From IMG/VR virus record IMGVR_UViG_3300010965_000001, positions 96,001 through 160,000 of that record: a stretch of 64,000 bases of DNA; one strand, written 5' to 3'. Positions 17,003 through 27,100 of this stretch are shown here, piece by piece. The notes under the pieces were generated by a model. It was given only the letters and a program-made list of their open reading frames with translations, had not been told where the DNA came from and did no database searches. The stretch's first letter is position 1. Each line of letters starts with the position of its first letter. The DNA comes from a virus (taxonomy: Duplodnaviria > Caudoviricetes). The position numbers and the translations under genes were made by a program.

Positions 17003-17785
17003 TTAAAATCCGCTTTTAAGTTGTGACGCGTACGAACGTGCTTCCGCATAACTATTATTGGTATCTATTTCTCTCCGTTTTCCACCATTTGTATTACTAT
17101 CTCTCCATCGTTCAAACTCTTCAAGTGGTTTGGCATATGGTGAATTTGATGGGAATAATACGGCTGTTTTAACTGTATCTCCGTCTACCATGATTACCTC
17201 ATATTTATAATCACCATCTACTTCATTAACTGTATTCTTTTTAAGATATGCACGATTTATTTTTGCCGCTGGCAACGTTGACTGTCGCTGTAATGTTTTT
17301 TTGATTTCCATTGCATGTTGGAGATTGTCTGCGAAATCAATTTCACGTTCTTCACCTTCTGGTGCCGCCTTCTTCCAATTAAGGAACTCAAAATATGGTT
17401 TACCATAAGCACCGTCTGATGGATACAATATAGCCAACTTAGACAGCATTCCATTATATGATATAGCCCTAAACATTCGTTGTGGTTTTCCTGCTTCTTG
17501 AACAGGTGCAGTTTTCATCTGTTGTAAAATTGCTTTTGCTTCATTATAGTCTTTTGCAAACAAAAGTTTACGTCCTTGACCACCGTTCTTCTGTGACCAA
17601 TTTATATAATTTGCATATGGAAATCCACCAGCACCTTCGTATCCTTCTGGATATGCTACTAAAACTTCAGTATCACCAACTTTTCCTTTTGATGCAACAT
17701 ACTTGGTGTTGTATTGGTCATTTACTGATGGAGTGTATTCCTCTGTAAATTTATCAAAATTTTCTCTAAGTAAATGAAAGTTCAC
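17003..17785 (-). CDS. Hypothetical protein with three tandem ~55-aa repeats
   Basis: Three copies of (V/A)xx(Y/F)PxxxxxxxPxxx(Y/F)xxW...R..(L/I)....N/Y.xA, separated by VQE and VNE. Confidence 0.55.
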   Translation of the reverse strand: MNFHLLRENFDKFTEEYTPSVNDQYNTKYVASKGKVGDTEVLVAYPEGYEGAGGFPYANYINWSQKNGGQGRKLLFAKDYNEAKAILQQMKTAPVQEAGKPQRMFRAISYNGMLSKLAILYPSDGAYGKPYFEFLNWKKAAPEGEEREIDFADNLQHAMEIKKTLQRQSTLPAAKINRAYLKKNTVNEVDGDYKYEVIMVDGDTVKTAVLFPSNSPYAKPLEEFERWRDSNTNGGKRREIDTNNSYAEARSYASQLKSGF

Positions 17786-17786
17786 A

Positions 17787-18401
17787 TTATTCTCCCGTTA
17801 AAATTTCTGTAATAATCTTGTTAATGCGTGCATACTTGCCAAGTTGTTTATCCATTACCAAATCCACACCTTCATTCATACGATTACTTGGATGCATGAA
17901 TGCTCCTTGAGTAGAAGGATTTGATACAAAATCAAATGCGATAAGTTCAAAGTCATCTTGAACGATGTTGTTATTTGATTCGTCCATTTTAACTGAGCCT
18001 AATCCTCTTGAACTGATACCTAACTTAATTCCTGCTCTGAATAATTCTTTTAAAATGTTTCCAGAAGGTGTTCCAAGAACTTCAATCTCACCCATTAAGT
18101 TGTTAGAGTCCCACCAAATTCTACGAACATTGTGACTTGCATTATTCAAGTTTACAATGGAACTGTCGGGATGGTCTAACTCACCAAGTGCTCTACGTTC
18201 TTTAACTTGAATTTCGGAATATTTCTTAGATTCACGCATAAGAACTTCTGCAGGATATACTCTTCCATTTTGGTTCTTTGCTTCCGCGCGCTGAAGAACT
18301 CCACCGACTATTAACGGTTTATTCTGTGAGATGCTTTCGTTTACTAATTCGGTTGATACATCGAACAAAATGGTATTTATAAGTAATTGTCTGCCGTCCA
18401 T
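17787..18401 (-). CDS. gp21: Prohead core protease
   Basis: GVLQRAEAKNQNGRVYP, ALGELDHP, GISSRGLGS, FDFVSNPS. Confidence 0.93.
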   Translation of the reverse strand: MDGRQLLINTILFDVSTELVNESISQNKPLIVGGVLQRAEAKNQNGRVYPAEVLMRESKKYSEIQVKERRALGELDHPDSSIVNLNNASHNVRRIWWDSNNLMGEIEVLGTPSGNILKELFRAGIKLGISSRGLGSVKMDESNNNIVQDDFELIAFDFVSNPSTQGAFMHPSNRMNEGVDLVMDKQLGKYARINKIITEILTGE

Positions 18402-19498
18402 TATTTCATCCTTTTCTTAATCACCTGTTTAGGTGCTGCTGGTTGAATTGCGAATTTATCGGAAAGTTTATCCAAATAATTCATCATCTTTACTAATTCC
18501 TGTGCTAACCCTCTATCACCACCACGTGCGTACTTTGTCGCCAACTCTTTTGTTGTTGCACGAAGTGCTTCAAGTTCTTCCAATTTGCTTTCTTCGGGTT
18601 TAATATCTTCGTAAATTTCACGAATCATATGTGAAAGTTCCGCAATTTCTTCAGGTTTTGGTGGAGCCTCCTCCTCACCCTCTGGAGGTAATTCCTCGCC
18701 TTCTGCCCCCGTTGGTGCACCTTCTGCCCCTGGTTCTGCGGGCGGGAGTGGTTGTCCGTCAGGTCCGACTTCTCCACCTTCTGGTGGCATTTCTTCGCCC
18801 GTTGGAGGCATCGTCATTCCGCCTCCCCCGCCGCCACCCGTCGAACCTCCACTACCCCCTCCAACATCACCCATATCTCCACTTGGTGCGGGAGGTGCGG
18901 CACCTGCCTCAGCACCGCCATCAATGTTGTCATTTGGTTGACCACTCATTGGGTCTTCAATTTTTGCTAAGTTATAATAGACAACATCCAAAATATCTTT
19001 ACGTAAGAAATATTCGTCCGCTTTCATATTCACACCAGTTTCCTTCGTGAAGTCACGTGCGGCTCGTTGGATGAAATCTTGATATACTTTGAATGCATCT
19101 TCCTTCGTAAAGGTTCCGTCTGCCTGCATTCTGTCAAACAATTCTTTAATATCTTTCATGTCTTCTTTGTAACGTTCACTTCCCATCACAAAGTCCATCA
19201 ATTCTTTTGCTTGGTCAGACATTTTAATATCAAAGTCTACTTTGTTAATAACATCCTCAAATAGTTTACGACGAGTTTCGGAAATTGCACCTTTACGTTT
19301 CGGAGGTGCAAGTTTCATACCTAACACTGTTCCAATTTTCTTACGTCTTGCCTCACCCTTGGAAGTGCCACCAGTAAATGCGTTTGGAGTTTGAATAATG
19401 TCCGTCCCAGTTCCAATTGTACCAGATGACGCAGTAGAATTCATCTCTTGCATTATAGCAGTTCTAATAAGTTTACGGAGTTCGTGAAGTTTAGCCAT
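18401..19498 (-). CDS. Probable head core protein with a long Pro/Gly/Glu low-complexity linker
   Basis: Leader MAKLHELRKLIRTAIMQEM; GC-rich low-complexity segment at about 18650-18950; the stop overlaps the gp21 start. Confidence 0.5.
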   Translation of the reverse strand: MAKLHELRKLIRTAIMQEMNSTASSGTIGTGTDIIQTPNAFTGGTSKGEARRKKIGTVLGMKLAPPKRKGAISETRRKLFEDVINKVDFDIKMSDQAKELMDFVMGSERYKEDMKDIKELFDRMQADGTFTKEDAFKVYQDFIQRAARDFTKETGVNMKADEYFLRKDILDVVYYNLAKIEDPMSGQPNDNIDGGAEAGAAPPAPSGDMGDVGGGSGGSTGGGGGGGMTMPPTGEEMPPEGGEVGPDGQPLPPAEPGAEGAPTGAEGEELPPEGEEEAPPKPEEIAELSHMIREIYEDIKPEESKLEELEALRATTKELATKYARGGDRGLAQELVKMMNYLDKLSDKFAIQPAAPKQVIKKRMK

Positions 19499-20354
19499 TT
19501 TTCATTCCTTTAAATTCTTTGATAAGTTCGTAATACCGTAAAAGTGAAAGAACATGCTCATCTTTTACAAATTTAATTGTGTCAAATTTATTGAGCATCG
19601 AAACTGTTTCTTGTAATTTGATACGTGTGACGGTATCATCCACTTTACCAAGAAATTGCTTTAACTGTTTCTTGATTCCAGGAATTTGTTGTTTCATGTA
19701 CTCCAATAATTTTGAATTATTTGATGAGTTGTAGATGTATTCTTTTAATACTTTCCTTTGATTCTCATCAAGTTGTGAACTGTATTTACGATTGAATTTA
19801 TCAACGAGCAGTCGATAGGTAATCAATCTAATGTCAGTATTCTCTTTCTCATACTGTTCAAGAATTGTTTCCGTATCTTTCTTTGTTTCTTTGTTAGCAA
19901 CGATATGCTCTATGATTGTAAATCTTTCACGTATGATTTGTTCAGGTGTTGCGGTAATATCATTCTCAAATAACTTATAGATACTCGCATATAACTTGTA
20001 ATTATCAAGTTTGGTATCAAAGAATTTTTCAATATCATAAGATTCTTTAATTTTTTTGATGACTTCGTACTTTTCTTTTCTAAGTTGTTTTTCACTGATG
20101 GTACTACGTGAACGGAGAACTTCTTCCAATAATGCATTTGCCTTCATCTCAGTAGAGAATCGATTACGAATCAAAATTTGATATAATTCCTGCTCTTTAC
20201 CGAGAGCGGTCTTCTTATTAAAGAATTCCTTAATAATAGAAAGTGACGGTGAATTTTCATTCCCGTTGACTGTATCACTTGTTAGTTTTCGTAACAAGAT
20301 TTCAAAGACTATCGCTGGATTTTTTATCTTGCTGTGTTTAATCATATTATTCAT
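19491..20354 (-). CDS. Helical hypothetical protein of the head cluster
   Basis: IKHSKIKNPAIVFEILLRKLTSD, YKLYASIYKLFE; lies between the portal and the protease. Confidence 0.55.
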   Translation of the reverse strand: MNNMIKHSKIKNPAIVFEILLRKLTSDTVNGNENSPSLSIIKEFFNKKTALGKEQELYQILIRNRFSTEMKANALLEEVLRSRSTISEKQLRKEKYEVIKKIKESYDIEKFFDTKLDNYKLYASIYKLFENDITATPEQIIRERFTIIEHIVANKETKKDTETILEQYEKENTDIRLITYRLLVDKFNRKYSSQLDENQRKVLKEYIYNSSNNSKLLEYMKQQIPGIKKQLKQFLGKVDDTVTRIKLQETVSMLNKFDTIKFVKDEHVLSLLRYYELIKEFKGMKNG

Positions 20355-20992
20355 ATTGTTAGTCTAATAAATTTACAATTAAGAAAATTCTCAATTTCTG
20401 TTTGTCTACGTATATCACACTCACGTAATTTTCCACAAGAATCAAAATGATGTGATTCATCTATTTCAATCACAACATTTTTTTCTTTATCATATCCATC
20501 AACCCAATAACAAAGTTCTTTAATATGATGTTCACCACCATTGAGTGCATGCTGAAAATTATATCCATTTTCTTTTCCATATTGTTCTATCAATTTACAT
20601 GCGTTTGGATTAAAATTTGGAAAAACTACAATATCTTCACCATGCTCAGAATAAAGTTTTTTAATTCTACCGATTGTTGCTAATCGTAAATTTTTTCTCC
20701 ATTCATCCGTCCGAATAATACCTTTTCTTGATTTTCCAATATTATTTTCACTAATAGCACAACTATTACATTTTTTGTTATCTCTTATAGAATATACAAG
20801 AGAATATTTATCTTTATATTCCATAATAGAATTACAGGTTGGACACACTTTTTCAAATGGTGAAGTTATATTGGAATATTTAGTTGGCCCCTTAATACGA
20901 GAATCGTCCAATTTTGTTAATCCTTTATTCCATGCCACCTGTTGCCCAATAACATTTTTATTCCACGGAATATTACCTTTTTTAACTGCCAT
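20351..20992 (-). CDS. Homing endonuclease-like protein, second paralogue
   Basis: PWNK repeats, CPTCN..CNSC, FPNFNPNAC..YNFQHALNGGE..YWVDGYDKEKNVVIEIDE.H; TATTTATG upstream at 21022-21029. Confidence 0.7.
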   Translation of the reverse strand: MAVKKGNIPWNKNVIGQQVAWNKGLTKLDDSRIKGPTKYSNITSPFEKVCPTCNSIMEYKDKYSLVYSIRDNKKCNSCAISENNIGKSRKGIIRTDEWRKNLRLATIGRIKKLYSEHGEDIVVFPNFNPNACKLIEQYGKENGYNFQHALNGGEHHIKELCYWVDGYDKEKNVVIEIDESHHFDSCGKLRECDIRRQTEIENFLNCKFIRLTI

Positions 20993-21057
20993 TATTTTTA
21001 CCTTTATAATATTATTTCATACATAAATATAAGAATATTATTAATAATACACAGTTT

Positions 21058-23013
21058 TTAGATGATTAAGTTGCTTTCATCCAGCATTCTTGGTTCTTTT
21101 TTCTCTTCTACCACATGTTCTGTGTTTAAACTTTCGGTAATCATTTCCTTAGTCTTTCTATTCTTCATTTCGTTAATCCACTTATTAGCCGATTCCATTG
21201 GGAAAGGACTTCTATTAGTTTTATTAGGTCTACTTGGATTCAAATCAGTGTTTCTAACTGTATTGAAATATCCAGTTGAACCAAGTGGGTCACGACCTCG
21301 TGGATGGTTGTCTTGTCCATATCCCATCGCAAGTTTATTGAACGAACCCTTCTCATTTCTACGGACATTGGTGGTTCCGAAGTCAATTTCTTCACCGTCC
21401 TGACCAACAGGTTTTACCATCTTTTCATTATTTGTAACCGCAAATTCACGTCCATCAATGTTCAATGATGCTAAATCATGCGGTGTACCGAATGAACGTC
21501 CCGTCTTCTCAGGGTCATTTCCTTCTTCTTCAATCTGTTTCATACGGAAACGTCTACGTGCATCATCCGCTGTTTCTTCACGTTGGGTATCCATATCATC
21601 GTCACTCATATCAAACACATTCTTGTATATCCACGTTGTTGATAAGGTGTTAAGTTCACTTAAGTCCTTAACGAGATTGATTTTCGTCTGTAATAACGCC
21701 AACTTTTCCTGCTCATAAATCGTTGACGGATTTGTCAACTGCAATGAAAAGTCTACCAAGTCTTTATCTTCAAATCCTTGTGAATACAAGTGAACTACCG
21801 CCATCTTGTACAATTCACTCTCTACAATACGTTGAATACGTTCGATTGTTCTTGCAAATCTAACGTCTTCTGCTGCAAGTGTTGCTTTTCCGCCCAATTT
21901 TTCATCAAATCCTAAGAAGGCTTTTGGAATTTTGAGTGCGGCGAACAATTTATTCTTTAAATATTCAATATCGTCTATAGCATTGAACTCAAGTCCAGGA
22001 AGGTTTTCAATTGTTGTAGTGTTATCCCCACCACGAACTGGAAGATAGAAGTCTTCCGTGATGTTCATCATGTTATATTTTAAGTTATAATCACCATTTG
22101 CAGGATTCACATATGGTGCCTTCTTCATCGTATCCATAATACGTTGCATGTATTCATCAACTTGTGGAGGAGGTATATTTCCAATGTCGATTTTGAAGAC
22201 GCGCTTCTCAGGTGCCCTCATAATACGATGGATTAACATAGCATCTTCCATAAGGATTAACTGTTTCCAAAGTTTACGCGCAGGCTCCAACGTTGAGCGA
22301 CCATAAGGTAAGAAGTTTGAATCTCCGAGTAAACGGAAGTGAGCAACTTCATAATTTTGATAGATTGGTGCGTTTGTTCCAACTCGCGATTGGATGTATG
22401 CGGCGTTTTGAACTCTAAACTGAACACTATTTGGATTCATTGGGTCAAATCCTTCTTCTCTCAAGATTTCAAATGTTGAGATTGGGTGAACGTTGACGAT
22501 ACCAAACTTGTCAGATATATCTAACTTCAAGAAGAAGTCACCATACTTACACATACCACGAATCCATCCCCAAAGGTTGAATTCAATGTTAAGAATGTCA
22601 TAGAAAAGATTTTTGAGAACGCTCAATACACGTTCATTGTCAGTCTTGATGGTTAAGCAGTATCCATACTCACTTCGAACAGTCGTTTCATCTGCGAAGA
22701 TGTCAAGTGCTGCTGCAATGATTGGGTCCGTATCCATCGAATCATAGTCTGACAATAGTTCCATACGTGATGCCAAGTAAGGACCAGCAATACCACGACC
22801 AAAACCACTTCCGCCATATCCATTCTGACCACCCAATGGTTTGTTCGCGGAGTGTATCTTAGTGAAACGGTCAATCAAAAAGTTTGTTTCAAGTCCACCC
22901 ATCGATTGAAGATGGTTGGTATCGGAAACTTTTAGTTTCTTTCCACCCAAATTTCTAACGATAACGTCACTTGAAAAAAGTTTTTGTAATCTAGTGAATA
23001 GTTTAGTGTCCAT
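21058..23013 (-). CDS. gp20: Portal protein
   Basis: YDSMDTDPIIAAALDIFADE, KYGDFFL, LMEDAMLIHRIMRAPEKRVFKIDIGNIP, EDFYLPVRG, ALKIPKAFL. Confidence 0.95.
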   Translation of the reverse strand: MDTKLFTRLQKLFSSDVIVRNLGGKKLKVSDTNHLQSMGGLETNFLIDRFTKIHSANKPLGGQNGYGGSGFGRGIAGPYLASRMELLSDYDSMDTDPIIAAALDIFADETTVRSEYGYCLTIKTDNERVLSVLKNLFYDILNIEFNLWGWIRGMCKYGDFFLKLDISDKFGIVNVHPISTFEILREEGFDPMNPNSVQFRVQNAAYIQSRVGTNAPIYQNYEVAHFRLLGDSNFLPYGRSTLEPARKLWKQLILMEDAMLIHRIMRAPEKRVFKIDIGNIPPPQVDEYMQRIMDTMKKAPYVNPANGDYNLKYNMMNITEDFYLPVRGGDNTTTIENLPGLEFNAIDDIEYLKNKLFAALKIPKAFLGFDEKLGGKATLAAEDVRFARTIERIQRIVESELYKMAVVHLYSQGFEDKDLVDFSLQLTNPSTIYEQEKLALLQTKINLVKDLSELNTLSTTWIYKNVFDMSDDDMDTQREETADDARRRFRMKQIEEEGNDPEKTGRSFGTPHDLASLNIDGREFAVTNNEKMVKPVGQDGEEIDFGTTNVRRNEKGSFNKLAMGYGQDNHPRGRDPLGSTGYFNTVRNTDLNPSRPNKTNRSPFPMESANKWINEMKNRKTKEMITESLNTEHVVEEKKEPRMLDESNLII

Positions 23014-23019
23014 ACTTAG

Positions 23020-23811
23020 TTACTCCAATATTTCTATAAATTCACAATTTAAAAAATTAGTAATTTCCAATTTTCGTTTTTTATCACACTCTTCTTTTCT
23101 TTTGTGGTGTTTTTCGTAATATTCAATAACCACATTCTTTTCTTTGTCATATCCATCTACAAAATATCCAAGTTCTTTGATATGATATTCTCCACCGTTA
23201 AGTGCATGCTGAAAGTTATAACCATGTTCTTTACCATATTGCTCTATAATTTCACATGCTTTTGGATTGAAATTTGGAAATTTAACATTATATTTTTCGG
23301 CGTGTGCAATTGATGCCAATCTTAATTTTTTCCGTGTTTCATCTGATGGAACATTGCCTATGTGCGATATACTCAAATTTTTCTTATGTTCATCAGAAAA
23401 AGTTGTTCCAAGTTGAGAAATACTTATCTTATGTTTAGTTTCTTCCGAACAAGTATGAAAATGTTTTCCAGTCTGAGATATACTCATTTTTTTCTTAGAT
23501 TCTTCAGTATGTACCTTTCCATACATCGGGGCATCAATACCTTTATATTTTCCAAATTTAGATTTTGATATTTTGTCTATAGTTTCTTGTGGCATTCCAT
23601 TTTCAAATTGTTTTTTAGATGCTTCTCTGATTTTTTCCTTAGTTTCTTCTGACCGATGTTTTCCAAAATGTGGATGATTTTCTTTATTCATAAAACGTAT
23701 TTTAGCTGAACAAGATTTACAATTAAAATTATTTGCAATGGATTGGTCACGTATTTCCATTGATTTATATATTATTGGTTTTCCACACGTAGGACAAAGT
23801 TTTTCAAACAT
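23020..23811 (-). CDS. Homing endonuclease-like protein, third paralogue, with many NUMOD3 repeats
   Basis: CPTCG..CKSC; repeated (H)SEETKxKI; YFVDGYDKEKNVVIEYYE.HH; TATTTATA at 23835-23842. Confidence 0.72.
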   Translation of the reverse strand: MFEKLCPTCGKPIIYKSMEIRDQSIANNFNCKSCSAKIRFMNKENHPHFGKHRSEETKEKIREASKKQFENGMPQETIDKISKSKFGKYKGIDAPMYGKVHTEESKKKMSISQTGKHFHTCSEETKHKISISQLGTTFSDEHKKNLSISHIGNVPSDETRKKLRLASIAHAEKYNVKFPNFNPKACEIIEQYGKEHGYNFQHALNGGEYHIKELGYFVDGYDKEKNVVIEYYEKHHKRKEECDKKRKLEITNFLNCEFIEILE

Positions 23812-23842
23812 TTTTACCTCATTTAGTGTATAGATATAAATA

Positions 23843-25429
23843 TTAGATTAACCAAATTAAATCTTCTTTTTTCCCACCAACTTGCCAATCCCACGCATTA
23901 TTTGATAATGCTTTTGGTACGAATACTGGTTGCACCTTTGTAATGTGTGATAATGCCACTTTTTGTAACTCAATTCCTTCGGTTCTTAAACGAAGTGCCG
24001 TATCTCTAACCCACAATCCAATTGCATATGACATTACTAAGTCATCATTATAACCAGCAATTGCTTCTGCTTTTGCACCGTTAAAGATATAAGTAAAGAG
24101 TTCATCAATTAATCGCTTACTTCTAATAGTTACACTATAATCTCTCATATATGAATCCATTTTAGAGATGATAAGTGGTTTGGTTCGTTGTGTTGTAGAG
24201 AAACCTGCGGTTAATTGTGATTTCTCTTTTAAATCGATTCGTTTATCAAGATTTACTGCGGTATCTACCAATGCCAAATCTTTTGATGCGTAAAATAAGT
24301 TTTGATAATTTCTATCCAATACTTCTTGAATAACTGCCCATCCGATATTTGCATTTTCTATAACAAGAAGTGCGTTGTTGTATTCGGTTGCGACCGTTAC
24401 ACACATGCCGCCGAATTCTTTAGTGCCAATCTTTCCTTTATATTCTGCAACTTGCTCAAGAGTTTCCGCGTCAATTACTTGAATAGCGGAGTAGTCATTT
24501 CCATCACCTCTCGCCACGTCAGCACTTACCATGTATGTGCGTGAATAGTCGGGATACTGCCAAATCCAATATGCACTTTCTATTCCACGTTTTTCCATTG
24601 GTTCTTTAACCATTGTATCCATGTATACCTTGAGTACTTCTGGGGGAACGATACTATTACCAGACGAAATAAAGTCCGCATCACATTCCTGCGCCGCAAG
24701 TTTTGCTCCAAGTTTTACAGTCTGCTTATCTCGCCATGATTGGTCACGCTCGGGATGTACTGTCCAATCCATACGTATTGTGTGGAAGTTATTGACTCCC
24801 GACTCAGCCTCTACCCATGTTCTGTGGAAGAAGTTACCAACACCATTTGGCGTGGAAAGAACAATAACATCTCCACCCGTTGATAATGCAGGTTGTGCAC
24901 CAGTCCAAATATCATCAATCTCATCAATGAACGCCGCTTCGTCAATAATAAGTAATGACAATGCTTCTGAACGACCTGCGTCTGGTGAACTTGAAACGGC
25001 TTTGATTTGTGAACCATTTGTAAAACGGATTGAGAGTTTGTTCTGCTCTACCGTCTGATTCTTTAACCAACTTGGAAGGTTTGATTGCATGACTTGAACC
25101 TTTGTGACAAGGTTCTTTGCGGTATCCTGCTTCGTTGCGATAACAAGAATATTTTTGTCTGCGTTGAAGGTCATCAACCATAATGCGTACGCGGCAACAA
25201 GTGTTGAGATACCCAACTGACGTGACTTTAACACGATATTATAGTTGTTATCTCGTAGTTCGTACAACGCATTCTTTTGGAATGGGTATAGAACGAATGG
25301 AATCTTACCTCTAACTGGATGCTGAATGAAGCAATATTTTGACATGAAGTGGACTGGGTCTGCCACGCACTTCACATATTCTTCATGGATTAGTTGCTTT
25401 ACTGTTTTTTGTGCTGGTGTGTCTGCCAT
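23843..25429 (-). CDS. gp17: Terminase large subunit
   Basis: Walker A region LKSRQLGISTL, Walker B LIIDEAAF, LSTPNG, nuclease motifs SADVARG and NDDLVMS. Confidence 0.95.
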   Translation of the reverse strand: MADTPAQKTVKQLIHEEYVKCVADPVHFMSKYCFIQHPVRGKIPFVLYPFQKNALYELRDNNYNIVLKSRQLGISTLVAAYALWLMTFNADKNILVIATKQDTAKNLVTKVQVMQSNLPSWLKNQTVEQNKLSIRFTNGSQIKAVSSSPDAGRSEALSLLIIDEAAFIDEIDDIWTGAQPALSTGGDVIVLSTPNGVGNFFHRTWVEAESGVNNFHTIRMDWTVHPERDQSWRDKQTVKLGAKLAAQECDADFISSGNSIVPPEVLKVYMDTMVKEPMEKRGIESAYWIWQYPDYSRTYMVSADVARGDGNDYSAIQVIDAETLEQVAEYKGKIGTKEFGGMCVTVATEYNNALLVIENANIGWAVIQEVLDRNYQNLFYASKDLALVDTAVNLDKRIDLKEKSQLTAGFSTTQRTKPLIISKMDSYMRDYSVTIRSKRLIDELFTYIFNGAKAEAIAGYNDDLVMSYAIGLWVRDTALRLRTEGIELQKVALSHITKVQPVFVPKALSNNAWDWQVGGKKEDLIWLI

Positions 25430-25436
25430 AAATGCC

Positions 25437-26201
25437 TTAGAATACTATACGGTAATAACCAATACTCACTTGATTATTCCATGTATTAGGAATATCTTTG
25501 AATGCATTCAATTTGTAATTGACGATAAAGATGTTCTTATCATAAAAGTTGAGGAGAACTCCAACTTTAAATTCGTTAGCACCAAGTTCTCCACCCAATC
25601 CAAGATTCATAAATGGTATATCTTTGGATTTTTCTGGTGCGACTGCGGCTTGGAAATCATACACCTTGAACATATCCAATGTTTGATTTAACGTATCGGT
25701 GAATTTTAATCTCGCAGAGTAAAATCCATTTTCTAATTTGCTTCCAATTGCCGTAATTTTAAATTCATCCATCAACACATTTAATCTACGTGTTGTTGAA
25801 TCTACATAATGAAACTCACCTGAGACAGCGTATGGACGTAAGTATCCCTTGAAGTATGCCACTGAGTCTTTCACTTCTGTTGTGGTATTGACGTAAACCG
25901 TGTCAGGTTTAACTCTTGCCATAAGTAACAACGTAATAATTTCATTCTTCTTCTTAACGTCTTTCGCCATTCCCTCATTTTCTTGCTTAAGTTTATTGAA
26001 TATTTCCTTCTGTGAGGTATATTCATATGCAAGTTTTGTATAGGAACTATCTTTCTCTTTTACAGCGGAGTCCATCATTACGATTCTATTACGTAATTCT
26101 AACTTTTCCTTTTCTATTTGTGACATTCTGTAGTCTGAATAGAAAAATTGACCTATGATTAATACACAGAGTCCGATGATAACCTTCATTTCTAACTTCA
26201 T
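25437..26201 (-). CDS. N-terminally membrane-anchored coiled-coil protein with a beta-rich C-terminus (spanin-like or envelope protein)
   Basis: Hydrophobic VIIGLCVLIIGQFFY, then heptads, then alternating beta strands ending IGYYRIVF. Confidence 0.45.
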   Translation of the reverse strand: MKLEMKVIIGLCVLIIGQFFYSDYRMSQIEKEKLELRNRIVMMDSAVKEKDSSYTKLAYEYTSQKEIFNKLKQENEGMAKDVKKKNEIITLLLMARVKPDTVYVNTTTEVKDSVAYFKGYLRPYAVSGEFHYVDSTTRRLNVLMDEFKITAIGSKLENGFYSARLKFTDTLNQTLDMFKVYDFQAAVAPEKSKDIPFMNLGLGGELGANEFKVGVLLNFYDKNIFIVNYKLNAFKDIPNTWNNQVSIGYYRIVF

Positions 26202-26213
26202 ACGTATACCTTT

Positions 26214-26786
26214 TTATTGTTGAAATATTTTTGGAAATTTATATCCAAATGCTTTCACGAGTTGACCTGCTACTGCGTTTGCTTCATCTTCTATCTCGCC
26301 GCCAATATCTTGAACTGGTCCTTTTATCTTGTCATTGTCAAGTTGTTGTTTATGAACTAACTCATGTGCAAGACTACGTGCGATGTCGGCGGTATTTCTA
26401 TTTGAACCATACACAACACAATGTGAAGTAGATGGGTCAAATGCCGCCATTGTCTTGAGAGCATAGGAACCTCTATCATTTGTGACTGTGACCCTAACAG
26501 GAGTTGTTATTCCTAAATTCTTTAACGCATACTCTGTGAACTTACGGAGCATACTGAACTTAGTCTTTGCAACATCACCATCATCAGTCTCTAAAAGATA
26601 AGAACATTTACCCTTAACTTCACCAATTGCTGCAGCGGGAGCATCTCCAAGTGATGCATTAACGTGCGCTTCAGCCGACCCGCCTTGAACAAATGGCATG
26701 CGATACCCACTGTTATGTTTCCTAACAATGGGTGGGTGCATGTGTTTCTTTTTCTTTACTTCAGTCAACAATGTCTTTAGTTTCAT
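26214..26786 (-). CDS. Zincin-type metallopeptidase with a head-protein-type leader
   Basis: SLAHELVH (HExxH) with a downstream EDEANAVAG; N-terminus MKLKTLLTE. Confidence 0.7.
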   Translation of the reverse strand: MKLKTLLTEVKKKKHMHPPIVRKHNSGYRMPFVQGGSAEAHVNASLGDAPAAAIGEVKGKCSYLLETDDGDVAKTKFSMLRKFTEYALKNLGITTPVRVTVTNDRGSYALKTMAAFDPSTSHCVVYGSNRNTADIARSLAHELVHKQQLDNDKIKGPVQDIGGEIEDEANAVAGQLVKAFGYKFPKIFQQ

Positions 26787-27100
26787 TATGGTTCCTTTGG
26801 TGCTTCCGCAGGAGGAAGCTGATTCGTTGTATCATTGATTGGTTCTTTTCCTTTTTGCCATACCTTGCCAGCAAAACTGATACCATTTGCAAGTGCATAT
26901 AAGAACAATGTTCCTTGTGCTATGTCAGGCATTATACCATCCTTAAGCGTAACATAGATGAACATCGACCATACAGAAATATTCGACATAACAACTGTAG
27001 TCACAAAAGAAAATCTTGTTGCCGACCAGGAGGTGGCATCTGACACTTCTTGTAACATCGATGACATTTTATTGAATAACGTTTGAATCCACCGTTGCAT
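26786..27100 (-). CDS. Small two-TM membrane protein, holin-like
   Basis: Start reassigned to the ATG at 27100 (SD GGGAG); S-ATRF motif, two hydrophobic helices and a charged tail KVWQKGKE. Confidence 0.5.
   Translation of the reverse strand: MQRWIQTLFNKMSSMLQEVSDATSWSATRFSFVTTVVMSNISVWSMFIYVTLKDGIMPDIAQGTLFLYALANGISFAGKVWQKGKEPINDTTNQLPPAEAPKEP

Noticed and set aside
18631-19050. GC-rich island with long plus-strand ORFs
   Set aside because: It is explained by Pro/Gly/Glu codons of the low-complexity linker in ORF 18401..19498.
20351-25429. Introns or inteins in the terminase or portal
   Set aside because: Both genes are continuous with normal motif spacing, and the nucleases lie between genes rather than within them.
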